This document shows, one piece after another, positions 1 through 7,665 of a stretch of 60,491 nucleotides of DNA. Position 1 is the first letter of the stretch, and every line of letters starts with the position of its first letter. This DNA comes from a virus (Duplodnaviria; Caudoviricetes): IMG/VR virus record IMGVR_UViG_3300028835_000602, positions 1-60,491 of that record. One strand, 5' to 3'. A program made the position numbers and the translations under genes. The notes under the pieces are model-generated. The model did not search any database, was not told the origin of the DNA, and was given only the letters and a program-made list of their open reading frames with translations.

Positions 1-28
1 TAGATAACAGCAACCGAAGGAGGAAGGC

Positions 29-1918
29 ATGAAGAATATGGACACAGCGGAGAACGTGAGGTATCTGGGCCCGCATCAGATCCAGACAACGGACAACGTA
101 CGGACTACCAGCTCGAAGGAGGCGCAGGCAGACCTGGCAGAATCGATCAAGAGGCTCGGGATATTACAACCGCTCCTCTGCACGACCCGAGACGGGAAGA
201 AGGGTGGCTTCGTCCTGGTGGCCGGCTACCGGAGATTCCAGGCTGCCAAGGCCCTGGGACTCGGCAGCATCCCGGTGATCATCCGGCCCGGCATGAGCGA
301 GGACGACATCGTCAACTGCCAGCTCGAAGAGAATATCAAGCGGGAGGACCTGAACCCGATCGACGAGGGGCGGTTCCTTTCGGAGTACCGGAAGAAGAAG
401 CCGGACAAGACGTTCGAGGAGCTGGCGCAACGGATCGGGAAGACAGCGAAGTACGTGGCGCAGCGGATCGCCCTGGTCGACCGGTTGATTCCGGCGTTCC
501 AGGAGATGGTACAGAAGGGGGAACTTTCCCTCTCGAAGGCCCACGTCCTGGCAGCGATATCGGAGGAGGATCAGGACCAGTTCAGCCCGAAGGGGAAAGG
601 CCTGGACAGGTGGGGCAGGGAGTATAATAAAGACAGGCTGGAAGGCAACAGTACCGAGGACCTGGCCGAAAGGATCAGCGAAAAACTGAGGGCGGTTCAA
701 GGCCGGCTGTGGAAGAAAGTGGAGCCCCTGAAAAAAGGCGAGGGGCAGCTGCCGGACTGCGACAAGTGCATGAAACGATCCGACCGGCAGGGCTATCTCC
801 TGGGCGTAGTAGACAGCAAGAAGGCCATGTGCCTGGACTCCTCATGCTGGCGGGAACACGTGGCCCTCTTCTACGAGATGGAGCTGGAGAGACGCCGGAA
901 GAAGGGGCGCCGGATCCTGACGGCGGCCGAGGTTAAGATAGTAAACTGCTCCGATCATGAAGGGACGATAAGAGACTTCGGCCTGGTGGGATCGACGACC
1001 TACGTTCCCTACCGCCTTGAGGACTCGGGGAAATACAAGGCACGATGCTTATCATGCCCCGATATGGCGTTCTACATCAAGACCGGGCGCAACCTGGATG
1101 GCGGCGGGATAGCCAAGACCTGTTGCAACATTACCTGCCTGAATGAGAAGGCGGGAAGGAAGGCCACAAAGCTAAGTGCTACCGAGAAGAAATCCAATGC
1201 CGACAGGGCCACAGCCTATTCGGACCAGGTTGTAGAGGGATCGGCGCGAGTCTTCGCGGCAGCGGCCTGGGCCCTCGCCCGGGCGCGATCGGTAAAGACG
1301 GAGGGACCGGACTTGAAGGCTCTCCCGAGGGTCCTGCATGCGATCAACAGAAGGATCAGCGGGGATTCGATCGCCGGCTGGGGTGCGGGCTGGATACTCG
1401 ACAAGTGCGGCTGTGCCGTGAAGCAGGAGTACGACTATGTGGCCGCGGCTTTCACTAACTACTTCGAGATCGCACCGATCGACACCCTGGAGAAGCTTCC
1501 CCCGCGGCAGCTGGACGAGGCGATCCGGGCGCTCTCCTACCTTGAGGTGATGGAATACAGGCTTCCACACGGGAACCTGGTCAGTTCGAGCTGGACGGGA
1601 ACGATGACCAACTGCCACGTGATCACCGGGGACATGAGCGCCTTGAACGCCCAGGCCCGGAAGCTGTTCTCACCGTCGGACGAGGCCTTCCTGCAGTCGA
1701 TGGTGAAGTGCGGGATCCAGGCAGTGGGACGGTTCCACAAGATCAAGGGCATGGGAGGCAAACGGAAGGCCGTCGTCGAGAAGTTGATGGCGGCCGAGCT
1801 GACGAGCAAGGAGAAGATGTACCCGGCCCTGGATAAGATGTTCGACAAGGGGTTGTGGAAGAAGCTCTCGGCCAAGCCGAAACCGAAAGCCAAAAAGAAG
1901 ACAACCAAGAAGAAATAG
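29..1918 (+). CDS. ParB/RepB/Spo0J-family protein with Cys-rich C-terminal extension
   Basis: LAESIKRLGILQPL, LVAGYRRFQAA and QLEENIKREDLNPIDE ParB motifs, then an HTH and CxxC clusters; RBS AAGGAGG. Confidence 0.9.
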   Translation: MKNMDTAENVRYLGPHQIQTTDNVRTTSSKEAQADLAESIKRLGILQPLLCTTRDGKKGGFVLVAGYRRFQAAKALGLGSIPVIIRPGMSEDDIVNCQLEENIKREDLNPIDEGRFLSEYRKKKPDKTFEELAQRIGKTAKYVAQRIALVDRLIPAFQEMVQKGELSLSKAHVLAAISEEDQDQFSPKGKGLDRWGREYNKDRLEGNSTEDLAERISEKLRAVQGRLWKKVEPLKKGEGQLPDCDKCMKRSDRQGYLLGVVDSKKAMCLDSSCWREHVALFYEMELERRRKKGRRILTAAEVKIVNCSDHEGTIRDFGLVGSTTYVPYRLEDSGKYKARCLSCPDMAFYIKTGRNLDGGGIAKTCCNITCLNEKAGRKATKLSATEKKSNADRATAYSDQVVEGSARVFAAAAWALARARSVKTEGPDLKALPRVLHAINRRISGDSIAGWGAGWILDKCGCAVKQEYDYVAAAFTNYFEIAPIDTLEKLPPRQLDEAIRALSYLEVMEYRLPHGNLVSSSWTGTMTNCHVITGDMSALNAQARKLFSPSDEAFLQSMVKCGIQAVGRFHKIKGMGGKRKAVVEKLMAAELTSKEKMYPALDKMFDKGLWKKLSAKPKPKAKKKTTKKK

Positions 1919-2071
1919 ATCGGGGCGACGGCGTGGTTGCGCCGGGGGAGAACAACCGAGGGTGCCAAGTTATTCCCGCCTGATGTAAATAGTCAGGGTC
2001 TTGGGATAACAAATATCGGGAACAATTTCCAAGGTGCGCCCGACCCGAATTCTCCCCCTGCGCCCCGGTCT
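1917..2071 (+). ncRNA. candidate structured RNA (nested rod-like fold)
   Basis: Nested complementary arms 1917-1927/2061-2071, 1944-1952/2050-2058, 1960-1965/2036-2041, GTTATTCC/GGGATAAC, CCTGA/TCAGG. Confidence 0.5.
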
Positions 2072-2085
2072 TAAAAGGAGGACCG

Positions 2086-2319
2086 ATGGAGATAAGAGGA
2101 ATAGTAGAGAAGTGGAATCCCCATCACTCGACCGTTCAGGTCACGCTTATAGCGAAGGCGGAAGAAGACTTACTGAACTTCATAAAACACGAAGCGCGCC
2201 CATTCAGGACCGTCCAGGATGCAGTAACTTACGGCGAGGACCTGGCCCATGAACTGGACATTGGCCTTGTGAAGTGGGAGTTCAGGGGTGTTCCAGATCC
2301 CCGGGAGGTATCGAAGTAA
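2086..2319 (+). CDS. hypothetical protein
   Basis: Strong RBS AAGGAGG before the ATG; 77 aa. Confidence 0.75.
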   Translation: MEIRGIVEKWNPHHSTVQVTLIAKAEEDLLNFIKHEARPFRTVQDAVTYGEDLAHELDIGLVKWEFRGVPDPREVSK

Positions 2320-2815
2320 TGAAAGGCGAAGATACGGGTCACAATGGAAGCTCGGCCGGATCGACAAGTTCTTTGTGCCGGGGATCCCCGTGCAGAAGGG
2401 GCGCCCGCGGTTCTTCCGGATGGGGAAAGGAGTGAGAGCGTACACCCCGGAGAAGACGACGAACTACCAGAACCTGGTCAAGCTGAGCCATCAGCAGGCG
2501 GTCGGAAAGATGGAGCCCTGGGATGGTCCTGTTGCAACCACCATCCGGGCGGTCTTCCCGATAACGAAGTCAAAGCCGAAGTGGTTCAAGGATGCCTGCG
2601 AGAAGGCACAAGCGGAGGGGTGGGGGATCCCGGTAACCAAGACCCCGGACCTGGACAACCTGGTGAAGGCGGTTCTTGACGCGCTCGACGGGATCGCCTA
2701 CACGAACGACCGCCAGGTCTTCTCCCTGAAGGCTGCGAAGGTTTACGGGACCACCCCAGGGGCGCAGGTCATCCTCTACTGCTACGAGGGGCCAACCAAG
2801 GGGACTGCAAAATAA
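2288..2815 (+). CDS. rusA: RusA-family Holliday junction resolvase (start uncertain)
   Basis: FFVPGIPVQKGRPRF, TPDLDNLVKAVLDALDGIAYTNDRQV. Confidence 0.85.
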   Translation: MFQIPGRYRSNERRRYGSQWKLGRIDKFFVPGIPVQKGRPRFFRMGKGVRAYTPEKTTNYQNLVKLSHQQAVGKMEPWDGPVATTIRAVFPITKSKPKWFKDACEKAQAEGWGIPVTKTPDLDNLVKAVLDALDGIAYTNDRQVFSLKAAKVYGTTPGAQVILYCYEGPTKGTAK

Positions 2816-2819
2816 CCGG

Positions 2820-3377
2820 ATGAAACCATTTAACATCATAGAATATGCCCTCTCGATCTTACCGAGAGGATCGGAAGCTGAAATCGAAGACGGCAACCTG
2901 GTCCTCACTCCAGCCTATGGTATACACTCCCGGAGAATCATATTAATATTGTGGGATCAGTTAGCCAGACGGCAATTACAGGATTCGATCAAAAAAATAA
3001 TAGTGAACCATACCTATTTTTATCCCAACGCAAACAAAAAGGAGGAAAGCATGAAGACATTACAGGAGCTCGAGGCATTGGCGGCCGAGAACCCGCCGGT
3101 GCAGAAGATGGATCCCCCGACGATCAGGGAAGCGAACGAGATCTTCCGGAGGATCAAAGTGGAGGAGGGAGAGGTTCGGGAACAAGCCATGGTCGATGCC
3201 CTGAGACTGCAGACGAACATGGACTACACGGCGCCGGAGAGGGAGCCGGCCAAGGGCGACTCGGTCCATATCATTCTGAACGCGGTGGCGGCCGGCCGGA
3301 ACATCTTCCCGGGGAAGAAGCCGGGGGACGACCTGCCGGCAAAGAACATCACGATGGAAGAGATGGTGGGAGGGTAA
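2820..3377 (+). CDS. hypothetical protein; strong internal in-frame start at 3051
   Basis: ORF track; AAGGAGG 5 nt before ATG 3051; the 5' part is AT-rich. Confidence 0.6.
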   Translation: MKPFNIIEYALSILPRGSEAEIEDGNLVLTPAYGIHSRRIILILWDQLARRQLQDSIKKIIVNHTYFYPNANKKEESMKTLQELEALAAENPPVQKMDPPTIREANEIFRRIKVEEGEVREQAMVDALRLQTNMDYTAPEREPAKGDSVHIILNAVAAGRNIFPGKKPGDDLPAKNITMEEMVGG

Positions 3378-3381
3378 AACG

Positions 3382-4005
3382 ATGGACTTTAAAACTGCGT
3401 TCTTTGCCGTCTTCGTTTGCTGGCCGATAGCGATCGGGGCGATCATCGCAATCACCATTCACCTGATCAGGCGGATTCGCAGGCTCGAGAACGTAGCCTG
3501 GGAGGACAGACTGATCTGCTCGAGGAATATCCCGTCCCCCCATGACTTATATCCCAGCGAGTTCACGAAGATCATCAGCCGGGAGGATCTGGCAGTCGAG
3601 GAGCCGCCCCGGAAGGTCCGGTACGATCCGCCCTGGAAACCCCATCAGCTGGTAGCCCTGGGCCTGCATCTCCGGAGGACGACCAGAGGGGGATCGAGGG
3701 AGAGGTGCGACGAGGGAGAGGAGGCTGCAAGTCTCCCGGGGAGAACTCATGGCGGCATCGGGGGAAAAACAGACGGACTACTAAGTCGAGCGGCCCCGGT
3801 AGAGGGAAACTACGGGGAAGCCTGGAGACTGATTGATCGGATCTGCTGGTGGTTGAAGCGCTTCGCTCTCCTACCGATTGGAATGCACGAGCGAGTATCA
3901 GCAGAAGAAGCCCGGCGGATGGCCGGAAAACTGATGAAAGCTGCGGCCTGTTATGATGACGGGGTATGCCCTTTCTGCCAGGAGACAGCTAATGACAGAG
4001 ACTGA
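3382..4005 (+). CDS. hypothetical membrane protein
   Basis: RBS GGAGGG; N-terminal hydrophobic helix. Confidence 0.55.
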   Translation: MDFKTAFFAVFVCWPIAIGAIIAITIHLIRRIRRLENVAWEDRLICSRNIPSPHDLYPSEFTKIISREDLAVEEPPRKVRYDPPWKPHQLVALGLHLRRTTRGGSRERCDEGEEAASLPGRTHGGIGGKTDGLLSRAAPVEGNYGEAWRLIDRICWWLKRFALLPIGMHERVSAEEARRMAGKLMKAAACYDDGVCPFCQETANDRD

Positions 4006-4480
4006 GAAAAGAGAGAAGAGGAAGATCGAAAGGCTGCCATTGGTGGAGTCGATCGTTGCAGTCATATTCGACAAGAAGATTAACACCTGGCACGTGATGC
4101 ATGCCAGCGCGTTCGACTTCTCGCGAGCCCGGAGCAGCTGCAATGAATGTTGGGGCCGCGGGAAACACGGACAGACTGAGGCCGTCCTGGACCGAAAGGA
4201 TGGGACCAGGTTCCGAGCGAAGGTCCCCGTAGTTTGCCCCAGGTGCCACCGGTTCGTGGTGAAGACCAAGGAGGAGATCCAGCGGGAGGAGCTGGAGAAG
4301 GCGGCCCAGGAGAACCCCCCGGAAAAAATGGCTCCTAATTCGCCGTCTGACGGCCGATCGCCTGGACCGGAAGGGAATGACCAGGGGGATTCCAAGGCTA
4401 AAGAGGGATGGCTCAAGTGGGCTTTGATCCTCGCCTGGGCACTGGTCGCCTTCGGTGTTGCCGCCTATTTTTGGAGATGA
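3992..4480 (+). CDS. zinc-finger protein with C-terminal membrane anchor
   Basis: CNECWGRG...CPRC; tail WALILAWALVAFGVAAYFWR; RBS AGGAG. Confidence 0.7.
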   Translation: MTETEKREKRKIERLPLVESIVAVIFDKKINTWHVMHASAFDFSRARSSCNECWGRGKHGQTEAVLDRKDGTRFRAKVPVVCPRCHRFVVKTKEEIQREELEKAAQENPPEKMAPNSPSDGRSPGPEGNDQGDSKAKEGWLKWALILAWALVAFGVAAYFWR

Positions 4481-4764
4481 CGATGGAGAAGATCAGGGAT
4501 AAGATTATCAAGGTGAACTTCACCGCCAGCGGAAGAAGGATCAACATCATCGGCTGGAAGGATGGGAGGATCTCCATCATCCGGCCCGGGATTCCGGAGG
4601 AGTTCGCGGTGGCGATGGAAACGAGATTACACCCCGAGAACCAGATCCTCCGGATTGACCTGTCGGTTAGGGAGGCCAAGGAGCTCGGCCGACACCTGAT
4701 CGAACTGGCGACCGAGAGTAGCGATCAGCCGGCGCCGGTGCAAACCGGGGAGGGCATCGAATAA
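4477..4764 (+). CDS. hypothetical protein
   Basis: ATGA overlap with the upstream stop. Confidence 0.65.
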   Translation: MTMEKIRDKIIKVNFTASGRRINIIGWKDGRISIIRPGIPEEFAVAMETRLHPENQILRIDLSVREAKELGRHLIELATESSDQPAPVQTGEGIE

Positions 4765-5843
4765 AACATATAGATTTATTTTCAGGCATTGGGGGCTTTG
4801 CCCTGGCCGCCCGAGTAAACGGATTCGAGACAAAGGTATTCTGTGAAAACGATGAAAGATGTCAGTCCTTCCTCAAAAAAGCGTGGCCCGGAGCCCCCAT
4901 CATCGGAGACATCCGAGACTTCGATGGGACCAGGTGGACCGGTTCAACTCTCCTTACTGCCGGGGTCCCCTGCCAGCCGGCCAGTCGAGCCGGGAAGCAA
5001 AGAGGCGAAGATGATGACCGTTGGCTCTGGGGAGAAGTTGAGCGTATTATATCCGAGTCAAAGCCCGATTGGGTCCTTCTTGAGAACCCTCCTGGGATCT
5101 TCGACGTGGGGGTCAACGGAGTACCTCTTGAAGTGGAAGGCCGAGGCGTGGTACGAGAGGCAGATAAGGATTATTACAATCGGGTATTCTCACGACAGGA
5201 AGACCTGTACCTCGGAGTACTTAAGAAGCACCTCGAAGAGATGGGATATGAAGTCGCCCCACCACTTGAGATTCAGGCTTGTGCACTTAACGCCCCCCAC
5301 CTTCGGGCAAGATATTGGATTGTGGGGCACTCCAGTAGTAAAATACAACCGAAGAGGAGAAAAGTTCCGAAAAGGCCGAGAACCACTACCGTCGGAAGAG
5401 CTGGCGACGTGGCCCACGCCAAGAGCCGGAGTTCCGGGAAGTCGAAAGCCCGGAACGGGGGGGAAGATTCTAAGAGAGGAGTTGAAGAAGTCAACCTGGC
5501 CGACGCCGACTTCAGGAGATCGGAGGGGACCAGGAAGCGCTCAGCAGGGAATTCATGCGATAGCACGGGCGACTTGGTCCACCCCGAAAAGCTCTCCCAG
5601 CGGTCCGGACTATGCAAGAAGAAATCGGGAGGGAAGCGGCGGAGACGATCTGGCAACGCAAGCGGCAGATTTTGGGACAACTCCAGCTGGCTTCCGTGCT
5701 CCGATGAAAAGCTTCGTCGTGTACCTGGTAACTCTTTCGGCTTGGCTGATGGGATACACCATAGCCTACTTGAAGCACTGGGAAACTCGATCGTCTGGCA
5801 AGTCGCAGCGGAAGTAATAGGAGCGATTAAGGAGGCAAACTGA
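4761..5843 (+). CDS. DNA cytosine-5 methyltransferase, main chain; apparent ATA start
   Basis: Manual translation from 4761: (I/M)KHIDLFSGIGGF (motif I), GDIRD, AGVPCQPAS (IV), LLENPPG (VI), HLRARYWIVG (VIII), LGNSIV (X); the ORF track shows only 5106-5843. Confidence 0.9.
   Translation: MKHIDLFSGIGGFALAARVNGFETKVFCENDERCQSFLKKAWPGAPIIGDIRDFDGTRWTGSTLLTAGVPCQPASRAGKQRGEDDDRWLWGEVERIISESKPDWVLLENPPGIFDVGVNGVPLEVEGRGVVREADKDYYNRVFSRQEDLYLGVLKKHLEEMGYEVAPPLEIQACALNAPHLRARYWIVGHSSSKIQPKRRKVPKRPRTTTVGRAGDVAHAKSRSSGKSKARNGGEDSKRGVEEVNLADADFRRSEGTRKRSAGNSCDSTGDLVHPEKLSQRSGLCKKKSGGKRRRRSGNASGRFWDNSSWLPCSDEKLRRVPGNSFGLADGIHHSLLEALGNSIVWQVAAEVIGAIKEAN
4852..5817 (+). CDS. nested alternative-frame polypeptide, probable second subunit of the C5 methyltransferase (start uncertain)
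   Basis: Open for over 320 codons; repeats LWGTP/TWPTP/TWPTP/TWSTP; motif IX-like SAWLMGY. Confidence 0.65.
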   Translation: MKDVSPSSKKRGPEPPSSETSETSMGPGGPVQLSLLPGSPASRPVEPGSKEAKMMTVGSGEKLSVLYPSQSPIGSFLRTLLGSSTWGSTEYLLKWKAEAWYERQIRIITIGYSHDRKTCTSEYLRSTSKRWDMKSPHHLRFRLVHLTPPTFGQDIGLWGTPVVKYNRRGEKFRKGREPLPSEELATWPTPRAGVPGSRKPGTGGKILREELKKSTWPTPTSGDRRGPGSAQQGIHAIARATWSTPKSSPSGPDYARRNREGSGGDDLATQAADFGTTPAGFRAPMKSFVVYLVTLSAWLMGYTIAYLKHWETRSSGKSQRK

Positions 5844-5844
5844 T

Positions 5845-5907
5845 ATGCTGACACAGGCCTGGGCGCTCGCGGCCTTCGGGGTCGCGGCCTGGGTGTTTGG
5901 ATCATAA
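5845..5907 (+). CDS. 20-aa hydrophobic micropeptide
   Basis: RBS AAGGAGG at 5829-5835; MLTQAWALAAFGVAAWVFGS. Confidence 0.55.
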   Translation: MLTQAWALAAFGVAAWVFGS

Positions 5908-5939
5908 CGGCAAAGCCCCAAAGGGGCAAAGGAGTGAGT

Positions 5940-6167
5940 ATGAGAATAGTGGAATTTGAGGTCGACCTCTATGACGAGGTCGTCCTTCCGACCGGGGACA
6001 AGGGGGTCGTGACGATGCTCGGCATCGACGAATCCTGCCCCCAGGCGGTGGTGGCAGTGGTCGGCCAGGCTGACAGAAACTGGTGGCCCATAAGCAGGCT
6101 GAATCCGGCTCCGACGGAACCGGAAGCAGCCCCGACCGAGGAGGAAAAACCTCCGGCTGCCGAGTAA
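5940..6167 (+). CDS. small hypothetical protein (possibly SH3/KOW-like)
   Basis: RBS AAGGAG; beta-rich pattern. Confidence 0.65.
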   Translation: MRIVEFEVDLYDEVVLPTGDKGVVTMLGIDESCPQAVVAVVGQADRNWWPISRLNPAPTEPEAAPTEEEKPPAAE

Positions 6168-6227
6168 AAAGTCGGGATAGGCCCGAGACAGCGTTCAACT
6201 TCGTACGGTCTATCTAATCAATGAGGA

Positions 6228-6263
6228 GAGGGCCTCCCTTAATCGGGGGGCCTTCTTTTTTTT
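6228..6263 (+). terminator. intrinsic terminator
   Basis: GAGGGCCTCCC/GGGGGCCTTC stem followed by a T run. Confidence 0.8.
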
Positions 6264-6274
6264 CTCTTTTTTTC

Positions 6275-6303
6275 TTGACAGGATTCAAGGCCCGGGATAC
6301 TAT
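6275..6303 (+). promoter_or_regulatory. sigma70-type promoter
   Basis: TTGACA-17 nt-TACTAT. Confidence 0.85.
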
Positions 6304-6308
6304 GGCGC

Positions 6309-6404
6309 TTCAAGGTCACGGTCCCACCTGGTCAGTGGGACATCTTCATTTTTTATCTCCTTTGGTTGGCCCGCCGCCCCCTCCCCGGGGGCGGCGGGTT
6401 TTTT
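6309..6404 (+). ncRNA. candidate trans-acting anti-RBS small RNA (~95 nt)
   Basis: Lies between a promoter and a terminator; 5' hairpin GTCCCAC/GTGGGAC; single-stranded CTCCTTTGGTTGG; no credible ORF of its own. Confidence 0.7.
6370..6404 (+). terminator. intrinsic terminator
   Basis: CCCGCCGCCCCC/GGGGGCGGCGGG stem followed by TTTTTT. Confidence 0.85.
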
Positions 6405-6406
6405 CC

Positions 6407-6436
6407 TTGACAGACTCTCTGCCAGCGGGCTATGTT
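6407..6436 (+). promoter_or_regulatory. sigma70-type promoter
   Basis: TTGACA-18 nt-TATGTT upstream of the gene at 6473. Confidence 0.65.
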
Positions 6437-6472
6437 TACACCGCTCCGCCCCGAGCGCGCAAGGGGAGACCC

Positions 6473-7045
6473 ATGCGCAAAACGAAAATCAGGAACCTGG
6501 TCGACGAGATAACTGAGCTTTTTCTGAGTTATGAGACGAGGTTCAAATCAGAGATCGTCTTATACCTGGTTTACCTCCAGGGCGCCCATATCCAAGGAAG
6601 GTATCGGAACAAGAGAGAGCCGGCCGCAGATGGACCGGCCGACGTAGATGAACCGACCGACCGGTGGCGCCATTGCCCGGAGGTGATGTCCCTTTTCCTT
6701 TACTGGCTGGGATACAACGAGGAGGAGATCGGGAACTTCTCATGCCGGAAGGTAGACCCAGGAATAAGTCAGCAGGCGGCGTCGAAGAGGCTGGGACACG
6801 GCGGCGATATTTTCAAAAAGAACTTCGGCCGGGATCTTCGAGAGACCCCGGGCCTGAAGATAAGTGATAACTTGGTGAGAGCCCGGGCATTTTTGCTCGG
6901 GCTTATTTTTGAGTACGTGGGGGAGTTGCAGGCAGACGGCCGGGAGGTGGCGGACGTGGAGAAGCTGGCGGACGAGTTCGCAGGCTTCCTGGAGGAGAGG
7001 GTGGGGAGGGGAAGGACCCCAAAAAGCCTGGTGGCGGGGAAGTGA
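6473..7045 (+). CDS. putative HTH transcriptional regulator (sigma region 4-like)
   Basis: LGYNEEEIG...GISQQAASKRL; RBS GGGGAG; precedes the packaging module. Confidence 0.55.
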   Translation: MRKTKIRNLVDEITELFLSYETRFKSEIVLYLVYLQGAHIQGRYRNKREPAADGPADVDEPTDRWRHCPEVMSLFLYWLGYNEEEIGNFSCRKVDPGISQQAASKRLGHGGDIFKKNFGRDLRETPGLKISDNLVRARAFLLGLIFEYVGELQADGREVADVEKLADEFAGFLEERVGRGRTPKSLVAGK

Positions 7046-7084
7046 AGGCATCGGGCGGCCGACAACAAAAATGAGAGGTAAGCT

Positions 7085-7654
7085 ATGGGAAAGAAGACGG
7101 AAAAAAGGAAAGCGGCTGAGAACGAGATCCGGACAAACCTCGACGTCCGGATGATCCCCGTCTCGAAGATCAACCCTGCGAAGTACAACCCGCGCATCCG
7201 GCTGAGGCCGGGGGATCCGGAGTACCAGGCGATCCAGGCCAGTCTGAGGGAGTTCGGATATGTCGACCCACTGATCTGGAACGAGCGGAACGGGAACCTG
7301 GTGGGAGGACACCAGAGGTATGGGATCCTGGTCGACGACGGGGCGAAGGAGATAGCCTGCTCCGTGGTGGACCTCAACGCGGCCGCGGAGCGGAAGTTGA
7401 ACATTGCCCTGAACAAGGACCTCGGAAGGTGGGACCACCGGAAGCTTGCCGAGGTCGTCGCATGGCTCCAGAAGGATGATCCGGAGGTGGACCTGCAGCC
7501 GTGCGGGTTCACCCCGCTCGAGGCGGATGAACTGGTAGCCGAGTTCCTGTCGCCGCCGGCGCCTTCCGGAGAGCCTGCCGGCAGGGAGTACGGGAAGGGG
7601 ATCGGGGAAGTCTCCTGTCCGAAGTGCAAGCATGAGTTTATCCCGGAGATCTGA
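7085..7654 (+). CDS. ParB N-terminal-like domain protein with C-terminal zinc ribbon
   Basis: INPAKYNPR, SLREFGYVDPLIWN, LVGGHQR, CPKCKHEF. Confidence 0.85.
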   Translation: MGKKTEKRKAAENEIRTNLDVRMIPVSKINPAKYNPRIRLRPGDPEYQAIQASLREFGYVDPLIWNERNGNLVGGHQRYGILVDDGAKEIACSVVDLNAAAERKLNIALNKDLGRWDHRKLAEVVAWLQKDDPEVDLQPCGFTPLEADELVAEFLSPPAPSGEPAGREYGKGIGEVSCPKCKHEFIPEI

Positions 7655-7665
7655 GGAGGCCCGAC

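Noticed and set aside
6333-6349. Minus-strand gene starting from the RBS at 6357-6369
   Set aside because: It gives only MKMSH-stop and faces a consensus + strand promoter
6221-6472. 5' extension of ORF 6221-7045
   Set aside because: It runs through two terminators and two promoters; the RBS supports a start at 6473
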